Notes under the pieces: generated by a model
Database searches by the model: none
Told to the model about the DNA's origin: nothing
Seen by the model: the letters and a program-made list of their open reading frames with translations, nothing else
Shown: one piece after another, positions 9,951 to 19,832 of the stretch
Numbering within the stretch: the first letter of the stretch is position 1
Layout: every line of letters begins with the position of its first letter
Made by a program: the position numbers and the translations under genes
Assembly (NCBI GenBank): GCA_902604945.1
Contig: CACLAG010000002.1
Span: 3,893-67,892, forward strand
Direction: 5' to 3'
Source of the DNA: an uncultured SAR92 cluster bacterium
GTDB taxonomy: Bacteria; Pseudomonadota; Gammaproteobacteria; Pseudomonadales; Porticoccaceae
Length of the DNA: 64,000 nucleotides

Positions 9951-11507
9951 ATGGCACACGGACCCTCCGAAAACTTTTTTACAAGATGGTTTTTCAGCAC
10001 CAATCATAAGGATATAGGGACACTATACCTTTGGTTTAGCTTTGCAATGTTTCTGCTCGGTGGAGCTTTTGCGATGATCATTCGGGCTGAACTTTTCCAG
10101 CCAGGTATGCAACTGATAAAGCCAGAGTTCTTTAACCAAATGACAACGATGCACGGGCTGGTAATGGTTTTTGGTGCGATCATGCCCGCTTTTGTTGGTT
10201 TAGCTAACTGGTTAATTCCCATGATGATAGGTGCGCCTGATATGGCTCTACCGAGAATGAACAATCTAAGCTTCTGGATCTTGCCATTTGCTTTTACCAT
10301 TTTAGTTGCGACACTTTTTATGGAGGGCGGTGGGCCTAATTTTGGTTGGACGTTTTATGCGCCTCTTTCAACTACTTACGCTCCTGATACGGTTAATTAC
10401 TTTATTTTTGGTGTGCATCTGATGGGCGCGTCATCAATTATGGGATCTATTAATATAATAGCGACCGTCATGAACATGAGAGCGCCAGGTATGACTTACA
10501 TGAAGATGCCATTGTTTGTCTGGACTTGGCTAATTACAGCATTTTTACTTGTGGCGGTTATGCCGGTTCTTGCGGGCGCAGTCACGATGATGCTTATGGA
10601 TATTAACTTTGGCACAAGTTTCTTTGATGCCGCTGGCGGTGGTGATCCAGTTCTTTTTCAGCATGTGTTTTGGTTTTTCGGGCATCCCGAGGTGTATATT
10701 ATAATTCTCCCAGCATTTGGCGTGGTTTCTCAAATCATACCAACGTTTAGTAGGAAGCCTCTGTTTGGCTATTCTTCAATGGTCTATGCGACCGCAGCCA
10801 TAGCGTTTTTGTCCTTTATAGTATGGGCGCATCACATGTTTACGGTTGGTATGCCAATAGCAGGCGAGCTATATTTTATGTACGCGACTATGCTGATTGC
10901 TGTGCCTACAGGCGTAAAAGTTTTTAATTGGATTACAACAATGTATAAAGGCGCTCTCACATTCGAGACACCGATGCTGTTTTGTATTGCATTTGTAATA
11001 TTATTCACGTTTGGTGGTTTTACAGGAATGATGCTGTCGATAGCAGCAGCAGATACCCAGTACCACGACACGTACTTCGTAGTAGCTCACTTTCATTACG
11101 TTATGGTTGCAGGAGCGGTGTTCAGTGGAACAGCTGCGATATATTATTGGCTGCCAAAGTGGTGTGGTCGTATGTACGATGAAACGATGGGTAAAGTACA
11201 ATTTTGGCTCGCGTTTATCGCCTTCAACATAACTTTTATGCCGCAACACTTCCTCGGATTGGCGGGTATGCCAAGAAGATACTCAGATTATGGCCTTCAG
11301 TTTGCTGATTGGAATATGGTTTCAAGCATTGGTGCCTTCATGTATGGTGGAGCGCAACTTCTGTTCTTATTTAACGTTATAAGAACAATCGGTTGGGGAA
11401 AGCCTGTGGAGGACCCAAAAGTCTGGGAAGGTGCTGATGGGTTGGAATGGACTCTACCTACACCGCCACCCTTTCATACGTTTTCAACGCCTCCTGTCGT
11501 AAAATAG
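9951..11507 (+). CDS. coxA: Cytochrome c oxidase subunit I
   Basis: 518 aa, 12-TM pattern. WFFGHPEVYI and VWAHHMF heme-copper oxidase signatures. Confidence 0.97.
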   Translation: MAHGPSENFFTRWFFSTNHKDIGTLYLWFSFAMFLLGGAFAMIIRAELFQPGMQLIKPEFFNQMTTMHGLVMVFGAIMPAFVGLANWLIPMMIGAPDMALPRMNNLSFWILPFAFTILVATLFMEGGGPNFGWTFYAPLSTTYAPDTVNYFIFGVHLMGASSIMGSINIIATVMNMRAPGMTYMKMPLFVWTWLITAFLLVAVMPVLAGAVTMMLMDINFGTSFFDAAGGGDPVLFQHVFWFFGHPEVYIIILPAFGVVSQIIPTFSRKPLFGYSSMVYATAAIAFLSFIVWAHHMFTVGMPIAGELYFMYATMLIAVPTGVKVFNWITTMYKGALTFETPMLFCIAFVILFTFGGFTGMMLSIAAADTQYHDTYFVVAHFHYVMVAGAVFSGTAAIYYWLPKWCGRMYDETMGKVQFWLAFIAFNITFMPQHFLGLAGMPRRYSDYGLQFADWNMVSSIGAFMYGGAQLLFLFNVIRTIGWGKPVEDPKVWEGADGLEWTLPTPPPFHTFSTPPVVK

Positions 11508-11519
11508 GTATTATCTTTA

Positions 11520-12071
11520 ATGAATGGAGCATCACACAAGCCAGTCATCATCAAGTCGATTTTCGCCGCAATAGTGATGTTCTTGTTTGCAATCTTTGTG
11601 TTGCCTCCTCTCTATGATTTGTTCTGCGAAATAACAGGTATAGGCGGCAAGACTTCAGGACCTTATCAGGCAGAAAGGCTTACTGTTGACGAAACGAGAT
11701 TAGTTGAGGTGCAATTTGTGGTGGCTAATAATGCGACGATGCCTTGGGAATTTTATCCTGTGAAGGAGAAAGTTTTTATTCATCCTGGGGAGCCAAAAGA
11801 AATTTCATATTACGCAAAAAATTTAACAGGTAAGGATATGATCGGGCAAGCAATACCTAATATTCTACCCAATAATGCCGCTGATTATTTCCATAAGACA
11901 GAATGTTTCTGTTTTAACAACCAACCATTGAGCGCGGGAGATGATGCTGAATTAATGGTCAGGTTTATCATAGATCCAGATCTGCCCAAAAGTGTAAACA
12001 CCGTAACACTGTCGTATACTATTTTTGACATCACCGATCGAGTTACCGATCTTCAAATGACACAGCTGTAG
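11520..12071 (+). CDS. ctaG: Cytochrome c oxidase assembly protein CtaG/Cox11
   Basis: 183 aa. Single N-terminal TM and TECFCF copper-binding motif. Confidence 0.92.
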   Translation: MNGASHKPVIIKSIFAAIVMFLFAIFVLPPLYDLFCEITGIGGKTSGPYQAERLTVDETRLVEVQFVVANNATMPWEFYPVKEKVFIHPGEPKEISYYAKNLTGKDMIGQAIPNILPNNAADYFHKTECFCFNNQPLSAGDDAELMVRFIIDPDLPKSVNTVTLSYTIFDITDRVTDLQMTQL

Positions 12072-12082
12072 AGGGAGATATT

Positions 12083-13036
12083 ATGGCTGAACAAGGCAAT
12101 TATTACGTTCCCGAGCAGAGCAAACTTCCGCTTCTTGCGGCTTTGGGAATGGGAACTATGGGTTTTGGTGCGGCTACTTGGGTTATAGACGGTCAATCTG
12201 CGACCGTCTTTGTTATTGGTTTAGCCATATTAGCAATAGTCATGTACAAGTGGTGGAGTATCGTTATAGAAGAAAACATGAGAGGGATGGTTAGCGATCA
12301 GTTAAAACATTCCTATGTTTTGGGGATGCTCTGGTTCATTTTTTCAGAAGTTATGTTTTTTGCAGCCTTCTTTGGCGCATTATTTTATGTTCGAGTCCTT
12401 GTGAATCCGTGGATTGGTGGAGAGGCCGCAATCACTCTTTTTGACGATACGCCTACAGATGCTTCTGTAGCAAATTCTGAATTACTTTATCCAGGATATG
12501 AATCTACATGGCCGCCGCTTATAACCCCAGACCAGGCTGCAAATGGAGAGTCTGCTAAGTTCGTTGGCCCAGATCAAGCAATGAGTTTCCCAGGGTTCAG
12601 CAATTGGCAGAGGATATTAGCTTGGTTGCCTTTGTGGAATACGATAATTCTTTTAACCTCAAGTTACACGGTAAACATTGCTCATCACGCTTTGAAAGAA
12701 GGTAACAGAAAAATATTTATTCGCTGGCTAGGCATTACAGTTTTTCTTGGAGGGGTATTTCTTGTGCTTCAGGCTGAAGAGTATATCGAGGCATACCAGC
12801 ATATGGGTCTCACCTTAGACTCAGGCATTTACGGGACAACTTTCTTTCTGTTAACAGGCTTTCATGGCGCTCATGTTACTCTAGGAACCATAATGCTGCT
12901 GGTCTCATTTTTAAGAGGATTGAAAGGCCATTTTAAAAATGATGATCATTTTGGTTTTGAGGCTGCTGCTTGGTATTGGCACTTTGTCGATGTTGTTTGG
13001 GTGGGACTATTTCTAGTCGTCTATGTATTTGACTAA
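12083..13036 (+). CDS. coxC: Cytochrome c oxidase subunit III
   Basis: 317 aa polytopic. FFLLTGFHGAHV and WYWHFVDVVW signatures. Confidence 0.94.
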   Translation: MAEQGNYYVPEQSKLPLLAALGMGTMGFGAATWVIDGQSATVFVIGLAILAIVMYKWWSIVIEENMRGMVSDQLKHSYVLGMLWFIFSEVMFFAAFFGALFYVRVLVNPWIGGEAAITLFDDTPTDASVANSELLYPGYESTWPPLITPDQAANGESAKFVGPDQAMSFPGFSNWQRILAWLPLWNTIILLTSSYTVNIAHHALKEGNRKIFIRWLGITVFLGGVFLVLQAEEYIEAYQHMGLTLDSGIYGTTFFLLTGFHGAHVTLGTIMLLVSFLRGLKGHFKNDDHFGFEAAAWYWHFVDVVWVGLFLVVYVFD

Positions 13037-13042
13037 ATTACA

Positions 13043-13294
13043 TTAATTTTTTGGTGCAACTGTATTTTCCGGGTGTAACTTCTTATCCCAGGGAGCACTG
13101 CTTGTTAAGTGACCGGTATATGAACCAATAAAAATTGTCAGCAACAACAATGTTGCAAAAATGACTCGCAACCAAAGAAGTCTTAAGAGTCGCTTTTTAG
13201 AACTACCAAGGTCCTTAACTAGAAAGTTTAGTCCTCCAAACAGACTAGCTACCACCCCAATAAAAAGAAGCACTATAATTGTTTTAAATAACAT
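13043..13294 (-). CDS. Small two-TM membrane protein conserved in cox clusters (DUF2909-like)
   Basis: 83 aa with two hydrophobic helices. Opposite-strand position between coxC and SURF1, as in Pseudomonas cox loci (from memory). Confidence 0.6.
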   Translation of the reverse strand: MLFKTIIVLLFIGVVASLFGGLNFLVKDLGSSKKRLLRLLWLRVIFATLLLLTIFIGSYTGHLTSSAPWDKKLHPENTVAPKN

Positions 13295-13334
13295 CGCATG
13301 CCTATAAAAATTATTTGGTTTATTTAGGATAAAT

Positions 13335-14102
13335 ATGACTGACCATTATAAAATACGCTTTCAATGGAATATCACGCCTAAATTACTGCTTTTTTCCGTT
13401 TTCTTATTTCCTTTGCTCGTTTATCTTGGCCTCTGGCAACTTGAAAGAGCGGAGGAAAAAACTGCCATCCTTGAGAGGTATGACAATAATAGGTCTAAGA
13501 AGACCATTAACGTTACTGAGCTCGATGACGAATCGGATCTTCAATATCGACCTGCGTTTGTAATTGGTACCTTAATCAGTGGTCAGCGTATATTTCTGGA
13601 TTATAAAGTCAAGCATGGAAAACCAGGATACGAAGTATACGAACATTTAGTCTTTAAAGATCTCCGTGACAGGTCTGACAAGGCGTTACTAGTTAATAGG
13701 GGTTGGATAAAGGCATCACTTAATAGAGAGATACTTCCGGATGTAAAGTCCATAGAGTCTATTCAAAAGTATAAAGGCACATTATATAAAAGATTGAAAG
13801 GCGGAATTTCTCTTGATGATGGGATAAGATCCCCAAAGTCATGGCCAGTAAGACTAGGCTCTATTGATATTGAGAGAGCTAAGGATATCTTTGAATCGCG
13901 AAACTTTTTTAAATATCAGCTTCGACTAGATCAAGGATCTGTGGGGGCATTAGATGCAAGTTGGGAGACGGTTTCGGTGAAGCCAAGCAAACACTTCGGA
14001 TATGCAATTCAATGGTTTGTTATGTCATTCGTGTTGTTAGTTATGACATTTGTTGCGAATTCAAATGTCATCGTATGGGTGACATCTCGTTTCATGAAAT
14101 AA
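13335..14102 (+). CDS. SURF1-family cytochrome oxidase biogenesis protein
   Basis: 255 aa. N- and C-terminal TM helices flank a periplasmic domain. LGLWQLERAEEK and VNRGWI motifs typical of SURF1/Shy1. Confidence 0.85.
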   Translation: MTDHYKIRFQWNITPKLLLFSVFLFPLLVYLGLWQLERAEEKTAILERYDNNRSKKTINVTELDDESDLQYRPAFVIGTLISGQRIFLDYKVKHGKPGYEVYEHLVFKDLRDRSDKALLVNRGWIKASLNREILPDVKSIESIQKYKGTLYKRLKGGISLDDGIRSPKSWPVRLGSIDIERAKDIFESRNFFKYQLRLDQGSVGALDASWETVSVKPSKHFGYAIQWFVMSFVLLVMTFVANSNVIVWVTSRFMK

Positions 14103-14127
14103 AGTACTTTTTGTTTAAGAGATAAAT

Positions 14128-14733
14128 ATGGAAGCAGAAAAAATAAAAAACCGAGGGTCGCTAATACAAATCTGGTTAATGTTTCTGATTATCGGTGGGG
14201 TTTTAGCCTCGGGTTTTCTTCTAATTCCTGACACCGAGGAAGATCGTCAAAAGATTATGTCACTTCTTGGTACAACCAACACTGGCGAAATTGTTAGTCC
14301 TACTGTTGACTTTTCCTCGCTATTTGCTCTCCCTCCTTCTGAAAGTCCTAAGTGGAAGATTATTGTAGTAAATCCTGGTAAATGTGAAGTCACCTGTGTT
14401 GATATGACCTACAGTATGAGACAAGTTCATATGTTGTTAGGCAAGTCGACACGAAGGGTTGAGAGATTTTTATTAACTGATCTTTCGGTAATTTCAGATA
14501 CGACGCTAGAAGCCATAAAATCAGTCAATCCATTTCTGAATATTACTGGGTTGGATTCAAGTGAGTTAAAGCAAATTATAGGTACAAGTACTGCTGGATG
14601 GGATATGCTGAGCCCAAGGTATTTTGTGCTCACGCCAGATTTTAAAGCTACCCTTTTTTATACAGCTGATCATGATCCAAATGGATTACTAGATGACGTA
14701 AAACATCTGCTAAAATATTCACCCATGCGATAA
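14128..14733 (+). CDS. Uncharacterised membrane-anchored protein with CxxxC motif (thioredoxin/SCO-like fold suspected), cox-cluster associated
   Basis: 201 aa. One N-terminal TM (IWLMFLIIGGVLASGFLLI). WKIIVVNPGKCEVTCVD resembles the strand-CxxxC arrangement of the SCO protein at 15679 (FGFTQCPDFCP). Confidence 0.55.
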   Translation: MEAEKIKNRGSLIQIWLMFLIIGGVLASGFLLIPDTEEDRQKIMSLLGTTNTGEIVSPTVDFSSLFALPPSESPKWKIIVVNPGKCEVTCVDMTYSMRQVHMLLGKSTRRVERFLLTDLSVISDTTLEAIKSVNPFLNITGLDSSELKQIIGTSTAGWDMLSPRYFVLTPDFKATLFYTADHDPNGLLDDVKHLLKYSPMR

Positions 14734-14767
14734 GCAAACAACCAATAGGCTTCCTAATACTCCTATA

Positions 14768-15661
14768 ATGAATGAATCTGAAATAACAATACGAGACGCG
14801 AGCTGGCGCGACTATTTGGAGTTATGCAAACCGAATGTTGTTGGCTTGATGCTTGTAACGTCAATCATAGGAATGATGTTGTCTGTAAAAGAGATGGTTC
14901 CAATATTGACATTAGTTTTTGGAAATCTTGGGATAGCACTTTGTGCGGCTTCCGCTGCAGTCATTAATCATGTTGTTGATAGACATGTTGACGACAAGAT
15001 GGCTCGCACTATCGGTCGGCCGGTGGCTGATGGGCGAGTCAAGCCATTTGAAGCAATGATATTTTCCGCTTCAATGTGTCTCTTAGGCGTGTTGATACTG
15101 TATCTATACACAAATGTCTTGACTATTTGGTTAACATTAGCCTCGCTTGTCGGATACGCGTTTGTTTACACGATGTTTTTGAAAAGAGCCACACCACAAA
15201 ATATTGTTATTGGAGGATTAGCTGGAGCCGCACCTCCTCTTCTTGGTTGGACAGCTGTGACTGGCGAAATTCATCACAATGCTCTTTTGTTAGTTTTAGT
15301 AATTTTTGCCTGGACTCCCCCGCATTTTTGGGCTCTAGCGGTCCATAGAAAAGACGAATATGAGAAGGTTGGAATTCCAATGTTACCAGTGACTCATGGA
15401 GAGCGGTTTACGAAGATAAATATTTTGTTGTATACACTGCTACTTTTGATCGTCACTACTTTGCCATATCTCACGGGAATGTTTGGTTTGCTCTACCTGA
15501 TTGGAGAAATACTTTTGGGATTGATATTTTTGTATTGGGCATTTGTAATGTTGGTAAACAAAGATAAGGACGCAGGGATTAAAACCTTTAGGTACTCAAT
15601 AACATATCTCGCGATTCTCTTTGTTTTAATGCTTGTTGATCACTATCTTTTTCTAATCTGA
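14768..15661 (+). CDS. ctaB: Protoheme IX farnesyltransferase (heme O synthase)
   Basis: 297 aa polytopic. UbiA-family motif NHVVDRHVDDKMARTIGRP. Confidence 0.94.
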   Translation: MNESEITIRDASWRDYLELCKPNVVGLMLVTSIIGMMLSVKEMVPILTLVFGNLGIALCAASAAVINHVVDRHVDDKMARTIGRPVADGRVKPFEAMIFSASMCLLGVLILYLYTNVLTIWLTLASLVGYAFVYTMFLKRATPQNIVIGGLAGAAPPLLGWTAVTGEIHHNALLLVLVIFAWTPPHFWALAVHRKDEYEKVGIPMLPVTHGERFTKINILLYTLLLLIVTTLPYLTGMFGLLYLIGEILLGLIFLYWAFVMLVNKDKDAGIKTFRYSITYLAILFVLMLVDHYLFLI

Positions 15662-15678
15662 TAACCGGTGTATAGATT

Positions 15679-16320
15679 ATGTTAAGTCAAAAATCAGGGA
15701 TTCGATTAACCGTATTCGGAGTACTTTGCTTCATCGCTTTGGTCGTAGTTGGCTTTGTATGGAAAATGAATCAACCTGTTGTTATGAAAAAAGAGCAGTT
15801 ACAGGCCAATGGCGCAATTGTCCTTGATACGCCAAGAATTTTTAGCGATTTTGAATTAATCGACCACTTGGGTCAGAGATTTTCTAAGGAGCAACTTATA
15901 GGGAAGTGGAGTATGGTATTTTTTGGCTTTACTCAGTGTCCTGATTTCTGCCCTACTACACTTGCTATTTTGAATGATACTTATGACAAATTGAAAGAAT
16001 CAGAAAAAGATAAGTTGCAGGTAGTCTTAATTTCCTTGGATTCAGAGAGAGATACAGTTGAATCGCTGTCTGAGTACATCCCCTATTTTAATTCTGATTT
16101 TATTGGTGTTACGGGGAATAAGCACTATATAAAAAGATTCGCTAGTGAGGTAAATATTGCATATAACAGAGTATATTTAGATGACGACGAATATACGCTT
16201 GACCATAGCACGCAAATATTATTAATCAATCCTAAAGGCGATTATCATGGGTTTTTCAAGGTGCCGCATACTCCAGAAAAACTCCGACAGACATGGCGCT
16301 CAATAGCCTATATATTTTAA
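15679..16320 (+). CDS. SCO1/SenC copper chaperone
   Basis: 213 aa. N-terminal TM, CPDFCP CxxxC motif and downstream conserved His (DHS). Confidence 0.9.
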   Translation: MLSQKSGIRLTVFGVLCFIALVVVGFVWKMNQPVVMKKEQLQANGAIVLDTPRIFSDFELIDHLGQRFSKEQLIGKWSMVFFGFTQCPDFCPTTLAILNDTYDKLKESEKDKLQVVLISLDSERDTVESLSEYIPYFNSDFIGVTGNKHYIKRFASEVNIAYNRVYLDDDEYTLDHSTQILLINPKGDYHGFFKVPHTPEKLRQTWRSIAYIF

Positions 16321-16335
16321 TATGAAGCAAGCGCT

Positions 16336-16830
16336 TTAAATTAGTTTGTCTGTTTTACAAGATACGCAGGTTCCAAAAATTTCTATTTGTTGGCGCTCTG
16401 AAGCGAAGCTTAATCTACCAGCTATTGACTTGATCTCATTATCAACTTCAGAACTCGATACCTCAGCAACCCTTTTGCACTCATTGCATATCATAAAAAA
16501 GTTGCTTCGAGTGCTTGATGGGAAGGGACATCCAATGAAAGCATTTAACGCTGAAATTTTAGTGACAAGTCCAAGCCTCATAAGGAATTCGATTGCGCGA
16601 TAGACTGTTGGTGGATCAACTGATTTATTCGTTTTTCTAGAGAGGATACTTTTAAGTTCGTAGGCCCCAAGGGGCACAGAGTTTTCCCATATGATTTCAA
16701 AAACTAAGCGTCTCAACGCTGTAAAGTTTTGATTTTCAGCCATGCATAATGATTCAGCGTGCTTAATAGCGGCAACTATGCTTTTTTGACGATTACTTTC
16801 CTGAAATACTAAACTGTAATTCGTAAGCAT
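16336..16830 (-). CDS. zur: Zinc uptake regulator, Fur family (Zur)
   Basis: 164 aa. PPTVYRAIEFL winged-helix segment. CxxC pairs (ICNECKRV, TCVSCK). Overall layout resembles E. coli Zur (from memory). Two Zur-box palindromes lie directly upstream. Confidence 0.85.
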   Translation of the reverse strand: MLTNYSLVFQESNRQKSIVAAIKHAESLCMAENQNFTALRRLVFEIIWENSVPLGAYELKSILSRKTNKSVDPPTVYRAIEFLMRLGLVTKISALNAFIGCPFPSSTRSNFFMICNECKRVAEVSSSEVDNEIKSIAGRLSFASERQQIEIFGTCVSCKTDKLI

Positions 16831-16840
16831 GAGCTAAAAA

Positions 16841-16857
16841 ATGTTATAGTATAACAT
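16841..16857. promoter_or_regulatory. Zur-box-like operator 1 (perfect 8-1-8 palindrome ATGTTATAgTATAACAT)
   Basis: Read directly from the sequence. Matches the TGTTATAnTATAACA core of the enterobacterial Zur box. Lies 11-27 nt upstream of the zur ATG. Confidence 0.75.
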
Positions 16858-16888
16858 AATAACCAAAATTCTAATTTTCCGTTTTAAA

Positions 16889-16905
16889 ATGTTATATTAT
16901 AACAA
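16889..16905. promoter_or_regulatory. Zur-box-like operator 2 (ATGTTATAtTATAACAa)
   Basis: Read directly from the sequence. The GTTATAtTATAAC core is a perfect palindrome. Its centre lies 48 nt from the centre of box 1. Confidence 0.7.
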
Positions 16906-17042
16906 ATTAATTGCATTAGCGACTTTATATGTTGCTTACTAAGATCACTTTCTCATAAATAAATAACGAGCAGGAAAAATTTGTTTCATAAGTCGAATAT
17001 ACCTATCATTACTGACTTACAGATAGAATTAAGCAAATAATT

Positions 17043-19808
17043 ATGGGTGTAAAGCCAGTAGTTCTTGTAGATGGGTCGTCTTATATCTACCGTGCGTATC
17101 ATGCTCTTCCTCCTCTAGTGAGTTCAAAGGGAGTTCCAACGGGCGCTGTAAAAGGTGTCATAAATATGATTAGAAGGCTTCAGAAAGATTATCCTGATAG
17201 TCACATTGTCACGGTGTTTGATGCAAAAGGGAAAACCTTTCGTGACGACTTGTATGATCAATACAAAGCCAACCGTCCTGCTATGCCAGACGATTTAAGA
17301 GTGCAGATACAGCCGATATATTCGATAATTGAAGCGATGGGTTTGCCATTATTAATGATTGATGGTGTAGAGGCAGATGACGTCATCGGAACACTTGCGA
17401 AAAAAGCGTCAGATAGCAACATTAAGGTTATTGTTTCCACCGGAGATAAGGATCTTGCTCAGATTGTTGATAATAATATCGCATTAGTGAATACAATGAC
17501 GGATCAATTTCTTGATTCGCAAGGAGTGAAAGATAAATTTGGAATACCACCTGAGTTAATTATTGATTATCTCGCTCTATTGGGTGATAAGTCAGATAAT
17601 ATTCCCGGCGCACCTGGTGTTGGAGAAAAAACAGCCCTTGCGCTTTTGACATCTCTAGGAAATATTAAAAATATATATCAAAATTTACATTTAATCCCAA
17701 ATCTAGCAATTAGAGGTGCCAAAGCACTCCCAGATAAACTCTTGGAGAATCGCTCTTTAGTCGAATTGTCATACACACTTGCAACCATAAAGACGGATGT
17801 TGAGACAGACTTTGATATTTATGATATCCCGATGGTGTCTCCTAAGGAGGAGTTACTTTTTGAGATATTTACTGATTTAGAATTCAAAAATTGGTCTAAA
17901 GAGTTAGATGAAAAATTGAAGTCCAAAGGTAAAAATGAAGATGTGTTTGAAAATCTGCAAGAACTACCCAGTTCTCTAGTTCCTAAAGATCACAATATTG
18001 AAACTGAGTATGAAACTGTTTCAACGGTTCACGATTTAAAAAGATGGATTAAAAAAATCAATGATATTAAGTTTCTTGCTATCGATACTGAGACTGATAG
18101 CTTAGATTACATTTCTGCTAATCTAGTAGGGTTATCTATTGCTGTCGAAGCTGGAAAAGCAGCTTATATACCAATTGGTCATAGTTATCTCGGCGCGCCG
18201 GATCAACTCGACAAAAAATTAGTAATCCGTGAATTAAAACCGGTTTTAGAAGACGTTAATATTAAAAAAGTGGGCCAAAATATTAAATTTGATATGAGTA
18301 TCTTCCATCAACATGGTATTCATTTAAAGGGCATCAGTCATGACACTATGCTGGAGTCTTATGTAATTGATTCTGTTGCTACACGCCATGATATGGATAG
18401 TCTGGCCCAAAAGTACTTAGAAATTAAAACTGCAAGTTTTACTGATATCGTAGGGAAAGGAGCAAAGCAAATCACGTTTGATCAAGTGGAAATTGACCAA
18501 GCCACAAACTATGCTGCCGAGGATGCGGATGTAACATTAAAACTGCATGAAACGCTTTGGCCAAGAATTCAATCAGATTCTAATTTAGCATTTGTGTTTG
18601 AACAGATTGAAGTTCCACTAATCAGTGTACTCTCTCGGATAGAGAGAAAAGGTGCTCTTATAGATTCAGATTTACTATTCGAGCAAAGTTCAGAACTCGC
18701 GGTGAAATTATCTAGTATAGAGCAAGAGGCATGGCAGCAAGCAGGAGAAGAGTTCAATTTATCTTCCCCCAAACAGATTGGAGAGATTCTATTTACCAAA
18801 CTTCAGATTCCTGTGATTAAAAAAACAGCAACAGGTGTACCGTCCACTAGAGAAGAGGTATTACAAGAGCTTGCTTTGAATCATTCGTTGCCAAAAATAT
18901 TGCTCCAACATCGTGGTCTTTCAAAGTTAAAGTCGACATATACCGACAAGTTACCGGTTATGATTAATAAAAGAACCAAACGAATTCACACGTCTTATAA
19001 TCAGTCAGGTACAGCTACTGGAAGACTCTCTTCATCTGATCCAAACCTACAAAACATACCAATAAAAAGCGACGAAGGGAGGCGAGTTAGACAAGCCTTT
19101 ATAGCAGCTCCCAATTGCAAAATTGTTGCTGCTGATTACTCGCAAATTGAATTAAGAATTATGGCGCATCTTTCTGAAGACAAAAATTTGATAAATGCGT
19201 TTCAGCTAGGCAAGGACATTCATTCTGCGACTGCCTCAGAGGTTTTTTCAGTTGATGCGGATTCTGTCTCGGCCGAACAAAGAAGGAGTGCTAAAGCAAT
19301 TAATTTCGGATTAATTTATGGGATGTCCGCGTTTGGTTTATCAAAGCAGTTAGGCATTAATAGAAATCAAGCTGCTGAGTATATTGCGATGTACTTTGAT
19401 AGGTATCCTGGAGTTCGGATCTATATGGATGAAATTCGGAAGTTAGCTGCGGCTCAAGGATATGTCGAAACTTACTTTGGACGACGCCTTTATCTGCCAG
19501 AAATTAATTCGTCTAATGGGATGCGTCGGCAAGCTGCTGAAAGAACAGCGATTAACGCGCCAATGCAAGGCACTGCAGCTGATATTATTAAATTAGCCAT
19601 GATATCCGTTGATAGCTGGTTGCTAGACTCGAAAATGGACAGTTCCATTATCATGCAGGTACATGACGAGCTGGTCTTAGAAGTTGCTGAGAATGAACTC
19701 TCAACTGTGCTGGAACAACTTGAGAAAAGGATGGCAAATGCCGCTAAATTAAAAATTCCGTTAGTTGTTGATCTTGGAATTGGTGATAATTGGGATCAGG
19801 CGCATTAA
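17043..19808 (+). CDS. polA: DNA polymerase I (5'-3' exo, 3'-5' exo and polymerase domains)
   Basis: 921 aa. DYSQIELRI and QVHDELV polymerase motifs. IDTETDSL 3'-5' exo motif. 5' nuclease N-terminus. Confidence 0.97.
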   Translation: MGVKPVVLVDGSSYIYRAYHALPPLVSSKGVPTGAVKGVINMIRRLQKDYPDSHIVTVFDAKGKTFRDDLYDQYKANRPAMPDDLRVQIQPIYSIIEAMGLPLLMIDGVEADDVIGTLAKKASDSNIKVIVSTGDKDLAQIVDNNIALVNTMTDQFLDSQGVKDKFGIPPELIIDYLALLGDKSDNIPGAPGVGEKTALALLTSLGNIKNIYQNLHLIPNLAIRGAKALPDKLLENRSLVELSYTLATIKTDVETDFDIYDIPMVSPKEELLFEIFTDLEFKNWSKELDEKLKSKGKNEDVFENLQELPSSLVPKDHNIETEYETVSTVHDLKRWIKKINDIKFLAIDTETDSLDYISANLVGLSIAVEAGKAAYIPIGHSYLGAPDQLDKKLVIRELKPVLEDVNIKKVGQNIKFDMSIFHQHGIHLKGISHDTMLESYVIDSVATRHDMDSLAQKYLEIKTASFTDIVGKGAKQITFDQVEIDQATNYAAEDADVTLKLHETLWPRIQSDSNLAFVFEQIEVPLISVLSRIERKGALIDSDLLFEQSSELAVKLSSIEQEAWQQAGEEFNLSSPKQIGEILFTKLQIPVIKKTATGVPSTREEVLQELALNHSLPKILLQHRGLSKLKSTYTDKLPVMINKRTKRIHTSYNQSGTATGRLSSSDPNLQNIPIKSDEGRRVRQAFIAAPNCKIVAADYSQIELRIMAHLSEDKNLINAFQLGKDIHSATASEVFSVDADSVSAEQRRSAKAINFGLIYGMSAFGLSKQLGINRNQAAEYIAMYFDRYPGVRIYMDEIRKLAAAQGYVETYFGRRLYLPEINSSNGMRRQAAERTAINAPMQGTAADIIKLAMISVDSWLLDSKMDSSIIMQVHDELVLEVAENELSTVLEQLEKRMANAAKLKIPLVVDLGIGDNWDQAH

Positions 19809-19832
19809 AAGTTCACATATTTTAAAAACTTT

